Origin: Pocillopora damicornis
Lineage: Eukaryota
Direction of reading: 5' to 3'
Assembly (NCBI RefSeq): GCF_003704095.1
Contig: NW_020843420.1
Coordinates: forward strand, 186,001 to 250,000
Length of the DNA stretch: 64,000 nt
Shown here: positions 1 to 12,637 of the stretch, one piece after another
Numbering within the stretch: the stretch's first letter is position 1
How the letters are laid out: the number at the start of each line of letters is the position of its first letter
Made by a program: the position numbers and the translations under genes
Notes under the pieces: model-generated
Told to the model about the DNA's origin: nothing
The model's input: only the letters and a program-made list of their open reading frames with translations
Databases searched by the model: none

Positions 1-700
1 ATGAAATTGATTATAATTGACAATATTTTTTTAAAGGCGCGTTTTGAAATTTTTGGTGGGCTTTTAAACCAAACGAAAAAAGAAAGAAATTTGAAATAAA
101 TATAAAAATACAAAATTACTTTAAAATTGACGTTTGTCTGTTTTAAAATAAAGGCTGAAATTTTCCAGTGTTTTGATTTTAATTTGTAAATCGGCCTGAA
201 TTTCTCGAAACGCCGAAAGAGAAAGCATTGCTTCATATTGGGCTTCAGTGAAAGTTGTTAGCTCCTCTTGAATAAAGTCAAGCAGCGTCCACATAGATGC
301 AGTGTGTGCTTGTCTTAGTGACAATATCTTTGACATATTAATACATACATTATAAAACTGCATTAAATAAGGCATTCGAAACTTTCTCGACAAACTGAAG
401 AAGTGGCTCGTTAGTAGATAGTGAATTTTTTACAACCTTATTCGAAAGTTCGCACTTCTGTAATTTGCCTCAGACAATTTACAATGCGCGCAACAAAACA
501 GATAAAAGATCACAAAAGTAGACGGTTTATGAAATTTTGCTTGCATAACTGACGCCAGAGACTCGGAATTCAAACATTTTTATTGTCATGCAGTGATGAC
601 AACTTTTCAATGTTTGCCAGCTGTCTGGTGGTCTTGGTGTCTTCCGCGATTACAAAACGTGACAATGACAGAAATACAGACTGTATTTTAGTTCTATCAT

Positions 701-845
701 TCGCTCCAACGAAGCGTCAACACTCGAAATGCCAGCTTTATAATCTCTAAATGGTGGGCAATCTACTTTATAAACTCAGGTAATAAATCCAAACCAAAAT
801 AAATCCACCGACGCAGCACCACGGTTTCTTTAGAAACTTACCCCC
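701..845 (+). repeat. Decayed copy of hammerhead-core (Penelope-like) short interspersed repeat, family 1
   Basis: TCGCTCCAACGAAGCGTCAACACTCGAAATGCCAGC is a degenerate version of the GCTCTGACGAAGGGCTAACGCTCGAAACGTCAGC core seen elsewhere in the window. It is followed by the same tail (..CCACCGACGCAGCACCACGGTTTCTTTAGAAACTTACCCC) as the copies at 48280 and 48690. Confidence 0.7.
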
Positions 846-2769
846 ATTAATACTTTTGAAGAGTAGTGCTCGTATTTAGATAATACGGTAAAGAAGCATT
901 TGGAAGCTTTCGCTGAAATGACTATCTAATGGTACGAGAAAGAACTGAGACATAAGAATTTGGAATTAAGAAACTAGGAGATTTGTTTCAATGAAACTGT
1001 AAACATTCCATCTCAGGACTATTTAACAAAATTCCGTGATCAGTCACTGGAAACTCGTATTTCGCAGAGTTAATTAATCGGTTCGGTTTGCCTTTCTATA
1101 GTTTTTCAAGGGTATCCAATACATAATGTTAAAATGAAATTAAAAGAATCAAAACATAACTTAACATCGGATTTTTTGCATTCAGCTATAAATCACTGAT
1201 TATCAACCTAAATCAAACGCAACCATCGCTATAATCACTAACCTTCTCAGTTCTGACTTCAGTCGTCGTCCATCCCTGTCTGATCATGTTTTCTCGTATT
1301 GCAGATCATGCGCCCGATTTCTTCACGCACTCCTGTGAGCTATTAGAGATCAATTTTTAAAATACTGAGCAGAAATAGTACGACGTAATGCGTATTTACC
1401 AATGAGACTGAATTGAAATCAGACTTTGGCGCGCGTTTTAGGGTTAGGTGTTACACGGGCGCTTCCTTTGTTTAATGCTTCACGGGGACGATGTCTCCCG
1501 AAAGCACATTCTAAACTTTCTACAGCTCGATTTTTCTCTTGGTTTTATGAGCGAACCCTTGTGAAGAAAATGGATCGTTCTATATATCTATACATGCGAT
1601 TCCACGCGTTGCGCGTGAAGCACTCCCTCTAAGAGAGCGCCAATAAAACTACCTGGTTTCCTCGCGCAGGCATTCTAAACAATCTGTTTTAAGTACAACT
1701 CGATAAAACTCACTAAACTCGAAGCATTTAACTCGCTGATTAAGAGACAAACCAAATTCCTAGAGAAAAGAAGTGTCCATTGCTAGTGATCATTGTTGCT
1801 AATAAGTGAATAGATCAGTTGGCTTTTTGGCTACCGAAAAAAGAATCTGCCCGTGAATCAGGAAATTTTAGGAGCCTTTTAGGTCTCCAATTTCGCAAAA
1901 TACTATCCCTGCTGTGTTGGTTACTTATGCAAAAGCGGCTTGGGTCGGGTTTCAACGTATCCATAATGCTCCACGGTCAAATCAGTCAATCAATTGAGCC
2001 CCCTCTGAGACGTATTGCATTTGATTTCCTCGCATGGCGAGTTGTTGTCATGTGAAATATTCAGTTCTTTTAAGCTCTCCAGAGTACTCTTGCGACATTA
2101 TTTGGGTTTTATCATCAAGGAATAGGTGACAGAATCATTTTGTGTTGGATCAGTGAATACACAGGTAGGAACGATTGCTCTGTAAAGCGATCGGGAATGC
2201 CGAGTCTTCAAATAATGGAGGTCGAATTGATGAACTGTGGACTAGCTTGACCGCTTTACATCTTTATTTTCGAACGATACAATCTAGAATTGCAAAACTA
2301 GAAACAGTCACTATTCGATAGAATGCGTTGAAGGTGATCACAGAGCTATCGCATCATGTATTTCTTGTCTTCGCGATTACCAGCATTCGTAATGGTGGAA
2401 GCGCCGCATTGTCATGTACTTTACTATGGCGGCAAGTGTTGATGTTTTTGCGATTAATTAGTGAGCTTGTATGCAATTAGATGATTCGGACTTCACTGTT
2501 TGAATCCGTAGAAGTAGAATTTAGGGAATTCAGCCTTAAAGTGCCATGTGAAAATGATAATGAAATTGTGCAATTTTTGCATTTGATATATGTAACTGTT
2601 CACACATTTTGTGTAATATGTCTTTTTTACGCGATATGTGATTATTACAATCCACATTAAATGTAATTTTTTTAAAGCTCATTTGTTTTTGGAGACTTGT
2701 TGGGGTTTGTCAACATCAGACATGATTTTGAAATCTTCCATGATTAGCTAGGCCCTTGTAGTTTTGAGG

Positions 2770-5700
2770 ATGTGGGCAGGCGGACATCAACAGGCATCTG
2801 CAAATGCCCAGCAATGGTGGCAAATGTCTTACAACTACCAGTATCAAAATCAATCTGCAGGTAAGCATCACAATTAAAGGCTGTAGAGTAAGTGGGAATG
2901 CGCAGTACTGCTTGGCTTCAATTCACCTTCAGCCTGGTGCGCAATCTTCCAAGAGAGAGTGGAAACTTGGTGTTTTAATCCTAAGTTTGGATTTCCACTT
3001 TTGATTTGATATGCTAAATTTTTTTAAATAGACATTGTAATAAAACACATTTCATTAAGAACTAGCAGTGGTAGTGTAAAAAATTAAATATAGCCTGCTT
3101 TGATGTAGTGTTCTTGCAATTCTTATTTGGTGGCTAAATTATTTGTGGTACATTTTGGACATATTGGAATTGTGAGTATGATCTCTGAGAATTTGAAGAC
3201 ATGTTGTTTGTTAGCCTAAGATAAGAGAGCCAACATATTTTCACTTTCAGATGCGAGCCAAGACTGGGCTGCTAAAGCAGCTTTATGGGCTCAACAACGA
3301 ATGGCACAGGAACAGATGGCACAGTACTACCAGCAGCAGCCACCACCACAGGCAGGCCATGCTCAGATGCATCAGCAGCCAGGGTATGGTGGTTATCAAG
3401 TTGGACAGCAGCAGCCACAAATGTTGGTTGACAATCATCATTATCACCAAGGGTCTGATGCCCCACCCCTCCCTCCAGAGGAAGCCCCAGACCCACCACC
3501 ACCAGGGTGGTCAGATGCAGCCAATGTTGAAAGCCAACCTGCTATTGATAACATTGAAACAGTGGCCATGGATGATGGGACTGTGGGAACCAGTGTTACC
3601 AAGTTTGAAGAAAACAGCAAGCCTCTTTTTGATCATAAAGAAGAGCGCAAGCCAGTCATTACTCAAGATTACAATCACCAGCCTGTGGCACCTGTGCTTC
3701 CTGGAATGCAAACCTTTGATCATAACCATGGGTTTGATCGACCCCCTCCTCAGCAGTACAGCCATGCAGCAGTCCAGCCCATTGACTATGGGCATGGACA
3801 GAGTCTTGATTATGGCCATCAAGCCCCACTCCTCCCAGGGGCACAGGTTTATGATTACCAACCTCAATTTGATAGTCATTATTATCATCAGCAGTCTTTT
3901 GAAATGGAACGACATCATCCCAGGTTTGCACATGAACATGCCAAACCTAAAAGCCATCCTTCAGTTGATTCTTTGCCCGATATAAGTGCTGGACTATCTG
4001 GTAAGTAAACCTCGTTTATTTGGTTTGAATGGCACCAGAATTAGTTACAAGACAGATCTTAAATTTGACCCACCATCAAATGTGGTGCTTTACATTTGTA
4101 CATTTCTCTGCTTTATGGTTAAAGGTTGCAGTGTTGTTAGAGAATGTCATGTGAATTGGTGAACATGGCCAACGTCAAAGCCAATGGAGAAAAAGAAACC
4201 ATTCCAAGCATGTCTATGTAAATATTTTGTACATTGTTGAGACAACCTGTAGCTTACTGAGTTCACATTTGCTTCATCTCTTGTAGATGTGAAGAAAAAA
4301 GCTTTACCCTTGTGGATAAGGGAAGGCCTTGAAAAGTTGGAAAGGAAAAAGCAGAAGCAGGAACAAGAGGATGATAATGAACCAAAGAAGTCAACTGTGA
4401 ATTTGTCGGCATCTGGGTCATCCACCATTGCTGGCTATGATCATGGCAAAGTCCATTCTCCCATACGATCTCCAAAGAGCAATGATTCTGATGAGGTACA
4501 GTGTACAAACAAAAGCCTCCATTTGGCACAAATGGGACAGATTATAAGGACAAATATGCAAGGACAAATATACAAGCATATTTTCACGCCAATCAGGGGC
4601 TTTTGTGTTTATTATACTTGAAATGTTTTTGTAACATGTGGGTAAAATGGTTACAAATGGCTTACTTTTCGTTGTGCTATGATGCTACTCCATGACCAAA
4701 CATGTCCCATCTTTTGTAACAATAGCTAAACTCTCATCTTTATTAATTTTTTAATGAATACTTTTATCATGGTAGAGGTAAAGTTTGATAATTGGGGATT
4801 GTTATGAGGTCTATCCTTGGATATTTCCCAGTTTTTGTTGGGTGATAGTCTATCACAGATTCGTTTAGACCAATTGCATGGAGCAAAAATATTTGATAGA
4901 TTATAATTGGATGTATTTCCTCCTCTGCATGGCAATAAAATCTTCCTTGTATACATGATGGCTTTCAAATATTGTATCTAGTCATTAATTTACTACTATA
5001 ACCTATTGAAAAATTGGTGGGTTGGAGGTCAGTTTTAAGCTGGTAATAGCCTCTCAAGTAACCTGAGGGTTAGCTGATAGTTAAAAGCTTCAAAATTGAG
5101 CCATGAGTGAACTGGAATTCCAGTTTGCCTTTTGAAAGACATTTTCACCTTTTGTCCAACATTTCTCACAGAAAAAAAGTATGTAATTTGACTATTAAAT
5201 AGAAAGCTTGGATTAAGATGAATATTTATTTTCATTTGTTTTTTATTTAAGATTCTAAGCAAATTGACATCTGAACAAAGCAACATTCTAGATTGTGACC
5301 GGCAATGAAGCTAGTTACTTTTGAATTCTTATTATTCTTTCTGACTGGAAAAATGCCAGAGTTCACGAGTAAAATTTAACATGAATACTCTTATCAGAAC
5401 TTTGAAATCAAATGTCATGTACATATCAGTGCAACTTGTTTTGAAAAATTAACTCTTTTTTTACTAGGAGAGTGACAATGAAAAGGCCAGTCAGCATTCA
5501 CCAGGGGAAGAAAGTGCTCCTGATAGCCACAGTAAAGGCTCTGCTGTTAAAAGTCAGGATTCCAAGCAAGGTCACTCATTTCATAAGAGGGCTCAGTCAT
5601 CAGACGAGGAAGAAGAGGAGGAGAAGACAGAAGAGGAGAAACAACAGGAACTGGTGTGTTTAATTTAGTTTAGTTTTTTTTCCTCTCTTCACTGCTTGAT

Positions 5701-6908
5701 ACACACTATCTCCTACACACTAACATGTAGAAATAAGTTTGGCTTACCATTTTATTTTGTTGATCATCTGCTCGTTCACAAACATTAACCCAGAGGAAAA
5801 ATTATTAGCAAAGTTGTGATTAACTAAAACAATAACAAAGTATTATGGTGGATCTCCTGAAGAAATCATTTCCAATGTGGATCAAGATGTTGGATTGCAT
5901 TCAGGTGTACTGCTAGTTACTTTAGGCAAACAAACGTACTGGTTATGCATCACCTTATGAGATGATTGAAAACTAACCAATCAAAGCAGAGCATCATAGG
6001 AAAAAGCCACTTAGGCATCAGAAAACTTTTGTAAACTGTAAGCATCAAGGGTGACCAGTTTGTAGTTTAGTCAATATTTTATTGTCCATTGTAATCAACT
6101 CAAAATTGCTTGTGGTTCTTTGACTTCTCAGTTGGATAGCTTCATCCTTCTTATGCTAGATTTTTTTTTTTTTTACAAAAGTTAGGCAGAACATTTCCAT
6201 TAACTTGCAATTACCAAACGTCTCTATTTATGCTAGTACTGAATGAAAGAGTTTGGATGAAATGGCATATGTAACTTTTTTCCTGTTTGTTTATAGATGG
6301 TGAACATTCGTAAACTTCTAACGGAAGTCCTTTTAACGGTAACTAATGAAGAGGTGAAAAAAATTGCTCAGGAGAGTTATAATGAGGCGCTTAGAGGTAA
6401 TGTGGCACTTCGATTCATAAATGTTACTTTGATAGATTTTGGGAATATTACATTATAACCTGCTGTGTTTCTAAATAATTTTGTAGGTCCAGCTCGACAG
6501 CTGCAACACTCAGGAGGCTTGGATGCTTTACGCGGAAAAGGAGGATATTTAGGTTTGTTATGCTCACACTGGTGCACTTCTGTATTAACATGGAGCACTG
6601 TGTGATGATCCACAGAAGTGCAAGTGGAACTACTTTCTTTACGATGTAGCCTTTGGTAACATTTTATTTGAGCGTTTTATGCTGCCCCTACCATGGTCAC
6701 AGTCGCTTATAGCACCAAAAGCAGGCTCTTGCTGAAAAGAGCAATCAATACGTATGACTTGATCTCAAATGATTAAAAAAAATTCCCCTTTAGCTCTTTA
6801 TCTTCCCATCAACATAGGGAACACTTGTTAAGGTGCACAATATTTAGTCCCGAGCGTGTCCCTTGGGTGTTGGTTTCACCACATATACCAGCAATTGGGT
6901 GGAAGCTA

Positions 6909-6958
<50 letters not shown>

Positions 6959-7778
6959 GAACGAGACAATATCTCGCACCTAAGTAGCTTAGAGTTGTTT
7001 CAGGCAGATTAGAAGCATTGTAAAAATTTGTGTAGTAAAACCTGTGTCGCAGTATTTTACCTCAGAGGAAAATTTGATCAATCAATTACACGAATTCTTG
7101 AGGTGACTTAACATAGTGTTGCGTTTCCTCTCAGGACTTGGAGGTTACGGCTCAGATAGTGAAAGTGCATCCGAGGAAGATTCGGGCAAAGAAAAGCTAT
7201 ATGCTGATGACGACGAGAGAAAACACCACATCGCTGACGCGGAAGATGATGGAAAAATACGAAGAAGCCGATCGCGAAGCCATCCTAGCAGAGAAACACA
7301 TCACAGGCACGAGTCTGCTTCTGAAAGCGAAGGAGAGGAAACCGACAGGAAAGAATACCGCGATGAAAAGCACAGTAAAAAGGGGAGACGACATCGGACT
7401 CCTGTCAGCTCAAACAGCGAAAGCGAGAGCTCTGTCTCGGCTCACGAAAAGAGTCGTCGGAAAAAGCATCGTCGGCGAGACAGGAGTGATACTCCATCTC
7501 CGAACCGTCAAAAAAGACATCGTCGACGTCACGGAAAGAAAAGCCGCTCACGAAGCAGATCGCCGAGGAAACAGAGCAGCAGTAAAAAGAAAAGGAAAAG
7601 TGATAGTGACTCAGCCGAGAGCGATACTGATAGCAGACATTCTAGTATTAAACATAAATCATCTAGACGTAGTAGGGAATATTCACAGAAGGACAAGAAA
7701 CATCGTCGTAAACGAAGATCTTCCAGTTCGTCGCCACCGCGTAATGAAAAGGACGGTAAGAAGGAGAGAAAACGGTGA
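2770..7778 (+). CDS. PNISR: Arginine/serine-rich protein PNISR (SFRS18/SRrp130), 7 coding exons, about 681 aa
   Basis: Exons 2770-2860, 3251-4000, 4287-4495, 5468-5653, 6297-6396, 6487-6552, 7135-7778; all GT-AG and phase-consistent (2046 nt). Motifs MW..QQW, DWAAKAALWAQQR, LPLWIREGLEKLERKKQK, LLTEVLLTVTNEE, PARQL..GGLGGYGSDSE and a C-terminal RS/basic domain match PNISR. Confidence 0.93.
6911..6954. repeat. (TA)n microsatellite in PNISR intron 6
   Basis: Uninterrupted TA run of about 22 units. Confidence 0.95.
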
Positions 7779-9165
7779 TCGTGCAGTGGATCATTCAGGT
7801 GGATTTTATTTTCTGTTTCCAGTTTCTGTGAATAACTATTTCAAGTATCACTGTTCTGTCCACGCTGTGTTCTGTTACCTTGCCTGGGTTTCATAGATAG
7901 AACGCTTATATGTGTAATATGTTTTATGACATCTCTTAATTGTGGCCCAAACATTTTCAAACCGATGGTATGATTATTGTCATGCGTTTCATTGGTTGTC
8001 GTTCGTGCCAAGAATTCAAAAGCGACAAATATTCAATCAGAAAAACGCAGAGATCGTTGTGCACGAGGGTCCTGGTCATGAAATAATTTGGGGCTCACCC
8101 TTTCACGTCCCTGCAGCCGAGGAAACAGTGTTTGGGCCCTTGTGGTCCCGTCAGTTTGGTATCCGTTAGTTGTAGTGAAGTGTTGTCGTTAGTTGTGTTG
8201 CTTTTGTTGATGTATGCTCTGATCTGATCAGGTAATATCGTATACTCTCTTGCAGGCATAACACACAAAATGAAGTATTACCAGAGCAGAGAATTTTAGT
8301 TGCACTTTATTATATTGGGGATAAGGGCTTGATTCCTCCCCCTGGTGAGACTTAAAAACGTCAAATCAAAAAGGAAAACTTCAAAATCAGCTGTGTCGCT
8401 GATGAAGACGGACTATAGCGTACACTGTACCTTTTTGAAGATCAAATTAAATTTTTATGAACCTTGTTGTTGTTGTCAACTCTCACAATCTACATGACGA
8501 CGTGAACCTATTTTGTTCGTATTCCCAGCATAATTTTCTGTATGTAGCAAATCAAACGTTTGTAACTCCAGGGTGTAGACTACTCTTCTGTCAACTTGTA
8601 ATCCAATCTTGCCGCTAATACTGAGCAGTCCTGCGCGAAAGCTGAAGTTGATATTCATGAGTACAAGTTAGGTATGGTTGCTCAACATGTAAAATAAGTA
8701 ATCTACGTCTTAGAAGGTTATTATAGGATTGTAAACATGAAGTAGACATCAGGGAAATGTTGACACGATCACAGCTTGCTCACCAAAAGTGGAATCCACT
8801 GGTGTCCAAACCAAAATTCCCGCGCTCCTGTGTTTTCGTATTCACGTTTCGTTGGGCTCTCTCGATCTTCCTTTTCGCAGAGTATTCTGAACATCAGTTA
8901 ATTTTAACCTCCTTTTTGCTATTGAACGTGGCCTGGCGGATTGTTTCAGAATTCTTCTCTTTTTGCAAATCTTTTTAGTCTATTTATCTCATTCTTTTCA
9001 AATAATCCATCTTTTGGTTCGACCAAAGTGTTAAGGAAGCGTCAAACTGATCCACATTTGAGCTGAAATCTCCCAGGGGACGACAACACACACAAGCCGC
9101 AGGCGACTTCTAACATGTGGCTAGACCGCTGGTCTGCTACAATGGAATGCTTATCCGTGATCGTT

Positions 9166-9266
9166 AAGTCTGATCGTCCGGGTGAAGGTAATCCTGTGAA
9201 GGAGTGTTGTCGGTTATAGTGACTGACTTGTTGACAACCCGAGTAGAAGTCGTCGTCAGAGTCAGA
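9166..9266 (-). repeat. Decayed hammerhead-core repeat, family 2
   Basis: The minus strand reads CTGACGA-CGACTT-CTACTC-GGGTTGTC-AACAA-GTC, with GAAAC mutated. It is homologous to 42163-42250 (shared GTCTGATCGTCC..GTGTTGTCGGT..GTGACTGAC..GACAAC..GAAGTC..GAGTCAG). Confidence 0.55.
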
Positions 9267-10286
9267 TTACACAGAATTACCAAGGACTATCCCCACTCAG
9301 ACTCTCAGACCAAAACGTGTTACTCCATGGGTTCAAAACAGCTAGTTTCTTAACATGAGTCACAGCTTCCCTTTCAGCCTTGTCCTCAGTGGTAACGTGC
9401 TTAACTAATGACAATTCTCCTATGTATCAGAAGCGAAGCCGCACACCGTATTAGATGAAAGGTTTGAACAGAGATGATATCACTGATGAATTTAGTTGCG
9501 AGTCGTAGATTCTTGATAATTCCCGAAATGTCTCCTCAAAAGCAAATGAAACGATGAATTAAACTAGGGAATAATTTTCCGTGAAAGTAGCCATTCTGTC
9601 AGCATTCCAGTAAGGAAGAACGACTCAAACAAATCGCAAAATGATAATTCTCTTTCATGTACTGTCGCCGTAAAAGCATCGGTGGGTGCTGTCAAGTCAT
9701 ATTACATTTAATTTTTTCCACTTTGTGCAGAACCACTATAGTTAGTAGGCACTTGAGAGTTAATACAAATGTTGTAAACTTCGCAAAAACAACAACACCA
9801 AAAAACGACAGCAACACGTCACATTTACCATGTTTACTGGGAGATTGCTTAAGTTTGTTCGTGCAATTTATTAAGGCTGCTTAAGGGTGAAGTAACGATG
9901 TAAACTAAAGAGCTCAGAAGTTTGCCAACGGAATGATGAACTTTTTGTACAGTTTGTTTGTCCAGGAAAGGGTGGTTGGCGGCCGTGGTTGTTACAGGTA
10001 CCCGATCACTATATCAAAAACAACTATCTCAATGTTTTGCGCGATTTTGTACAGTTTCACCGACAGTTTAGTCATTTACAATAGATATAATTTCAAAACC
10101 GTGCACGTGTACCATCCCCCTCCTCCTTTCCCCACTACCCTCGATCGGGTGCACTTGTAGAACAGGAAAGTCCAAGGAACAGATGGAACAGAATTGGAAC
10201 GGATAGACTGTGTATATATCCTGCTACCAAGAACACAGAGGTCGAACTCGAAAATACGAGTTTGAAAATGTTAAAAGGGACTTCCG

Positions 10287-10490
10287 AACGCGTGTCCAGC
10301 GTAAAGTGAGGAAGAAGAGGTTAAATTCCTAACTGTTCCGATGCCAAAAACAGATGAAAGAAGGATTTTGGAGAAAGATTAAATCCTAGTATTATTTTAT
10401 TACGAGATATCCTAATTGTTTTTAACGCGGGCGCTTCGTATTCGGTGATGAAGGCAAATGACAAAACCTTTCTTCAACCCTTGCTGGATA
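10287..10490 (+). repeat. About 200-bp dispersed repeat (second copy 38597-38783)
   Basis: Shared blocks AACGCGTGTC, AGGTTAAATTCCTAACTGTTC, AAGAAGGATTTTGGAGAAAGATTAAATC and ACCTTTCTTCAAC occur in the same order in both copies. Confidence 0.8.
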
Positions 10491-10706
10491 GTCGACAAGC
10501 GAGCACTTTGGTTGCGACGAGGTTGCGACCAATCTCGAGCCCATGGTCATGTTGGCTCTTTGTCAGCGGTATGGTTGAGCGAGATTTTTTGTAGCTTGGT
10601 TGCTAAGCAAACAAGACGCTAGATCGGTTGGGTTTTGTCATTGCTCACGGTAGGAGCCTTCTCTGTCTTTCCCAGCCGCCTACTTTCAATCTTTTTTTAA
10701 AGTAAA

Positions 10707-12637
10707 ATGTATACTAGTAGTATGGCAAAGAAGGAACCTTACGAAAGAAATTCGTTTTATAATCTCCGACCTTTACCGTCAAGAGGAACAAGAAAGCGAA
10801 ATCCCGATGAAGATTTTATACTCCGTGGTCGTCGAACTCCTGTTAGGTACACGAGCTCTTACTGACTATCAACATATGGAGTATTTTATTATTTAAAGTC
10901 TGTAAATATCTTTGGTTATCTAGTTATAGGTGTTATGTTCTTCTTGTTAGATAGGACCTACTCATGACTGGCAAGGTCCACTACTGATATCGAACTGTTT
11001 TAGTATCCAGCTATTACTGTCAAGTTGTAGTTCATCGTCCCAAAAAAATAAGCTGAGATAAAATTTAAGGTAAAATTTCCGCACAGCCCCATACTTCATT
11101 ATGCATTCAGTTCTTGAATAGAGAAAACAATGACTAAAACAATACATTGCCATTGGGAAAACAGATTTGTTTTACAATAGTATGGAGCTGTGCGAAAATT
11201 TTTACCAAATTTAATATTAACAATTCAGTGACAATAAACAACATCATCATTAGGGTAGTCTACAGAAGAGTCATAGACCCCATACAAAGGCAGACCACCC
11301 CCGCCAAAAAGAAAAAAAAAAAATATATATATATATATATAATATATATTATATATTATATCCTACAAAAACGTCAAATAAGAAAAAAATAACTATCATC
11401 AAAACTGAGATAGAGTGCATGAATAAAGAATTATAGATTCACTCATATCTTGATAGCAAGAAGTCCCTGGCACCCTTATTGAAACTGGAAATGTTAGATG
11501 CCTGACATAACGATGATGGTAATTTATTCCATACATCCACAATCCTATCAAAAAAACTACTTTTAAAAGTAGCGGTTCTAGCAAAGTTCTTCTTGAGTGT
11601 AAGTTGATCCCTTCCCCTGAAGTGTTACCTATCAAAATCAGTATAAAATTGAATATATGTAGACATGTCTATACTGATGAACCTGTTAAGAACTTTATAC
11701 AAGAACATCAAACTAAAACTGTCTGTCTGAGTTTTGAGATACTGAACAATTTTCAAAATACATTCTTCATCTTTGTCAGTGCATGTGATTTCAGTATATA
11801 CTTGAAAACTTGCAATTAGTAAACTGAATTAAGTAATAATGAATGATGAGTTTTAAGTCTAAATTGTTTGTTTGACTGTACAGGTTGAAGCCCCAGAACT
11901 ACCGAACCAACTCTGAGATGACCATATCTGCTGCAGGAGTTACACATAGAAGCATGAGAACACCCTCAAGGCAATTGGTGAATTTTCAGGAATCACAGAC
12001 GTCTGATGAAGAGTTAGACCGTGAGGTTGATTTAGCTTTGGACTTGTCAGAATTTGCTGATGGACCAGAAGAAGAGCTTGCTAGGTTGAAAGATAAATCA
12101 AGTGAAAATGATACATTTTTGAACAGTACTTACAACTCAGACAATTGGTTTATAAAGCCACTTCACCGGACAACAAGTGCACCAGTTGACATTGAGGAAA
12201 TTGCCAGACGACAGCCTCTTAAAGCTTCTGTGTTAAGGTCAGCTATGGAAGGAAATGTGACAAGTGTTCCCAGTGAAAAGATCAGGACAACACCAATCAA
12301 TGACTTTGATTTGTCACTCTTTAGAGAAGCAGAAAATCACATGTTAAGTTCACGAACAATAAGTGCTTTAGCAACACCATATCAAGAAGAACTGGCTAGG
12401 TTAAGATTAGACAGGCTGCGTTTAGAGGAGGAAAGGCTTCTCAAAAAAAAATGTGTGGATGAACTTGAAAGAATCCGTGGACCTAAACCGAGGTGGTATG
12501 AACTCAAGACTCCTGAATTTCACTGTGAAGCAAAGAGGAACAATGATATACTATCGCTGTCAGGCCACTATGAAGATATCATGGAATACAGAAAACAGCT
12601 TTTGTCTTGTGTTGGAGAAGAAAAGGTTGCACAATAG
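10707..12637 (+). CDS. Uncharacterised protein, 2 exons, about 297 aa, with a C-terminal coiled-coil and a RGPKPRWYELK motif
   Basis: Exon 1 10707-10846 (MYTSSMAKKEPYERNSF...RRTPV-AG|gtacac) joins in phase to exon 2 11884-12637 (cag|G TTG AAG, the 250-aa ORF); total 894 nt. AATAAA follows at about 12772. Confidence 0.8.
11069..11206. mobile_element. Merlin-derived MITE (138 bp) with 8-bp target-site duplication
   Basis: TIRs GGTAAAATTTCCGCACAGCCCCATAC / GTATGGAGCTGTGCGAAAATTTTTACC. Perfect flanking duplication AAATTTAA (11061-11068 and 11207-11214). The TIR matches the transposase-bearing element at 34686-36255. Confidence 0.9.

Noticed and set aside
121-393. 90-aa minus-strand ORF
   Set aside because: TTG start, no recognisable motif or splice context; possibly a TE relic but unsupported.
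3251-3985. 244-aa and other overlapping ORFs across PNISR exon 2
   Set aside because: Alternative-frame or antisense shadows of the real exon; the PNISR motifs are in the 3301 frame.
7138-7896. 252-aa ORF overlapping the PNISR RS domain
   Set aside because: Shifted-frame shadow of low-complexity RS coding sequence.
8470-9110. Coding-like composition on the minus strand downstream of PNISR
   Set aside because: The frames I translated are broken by stops and I recognise no protein family.
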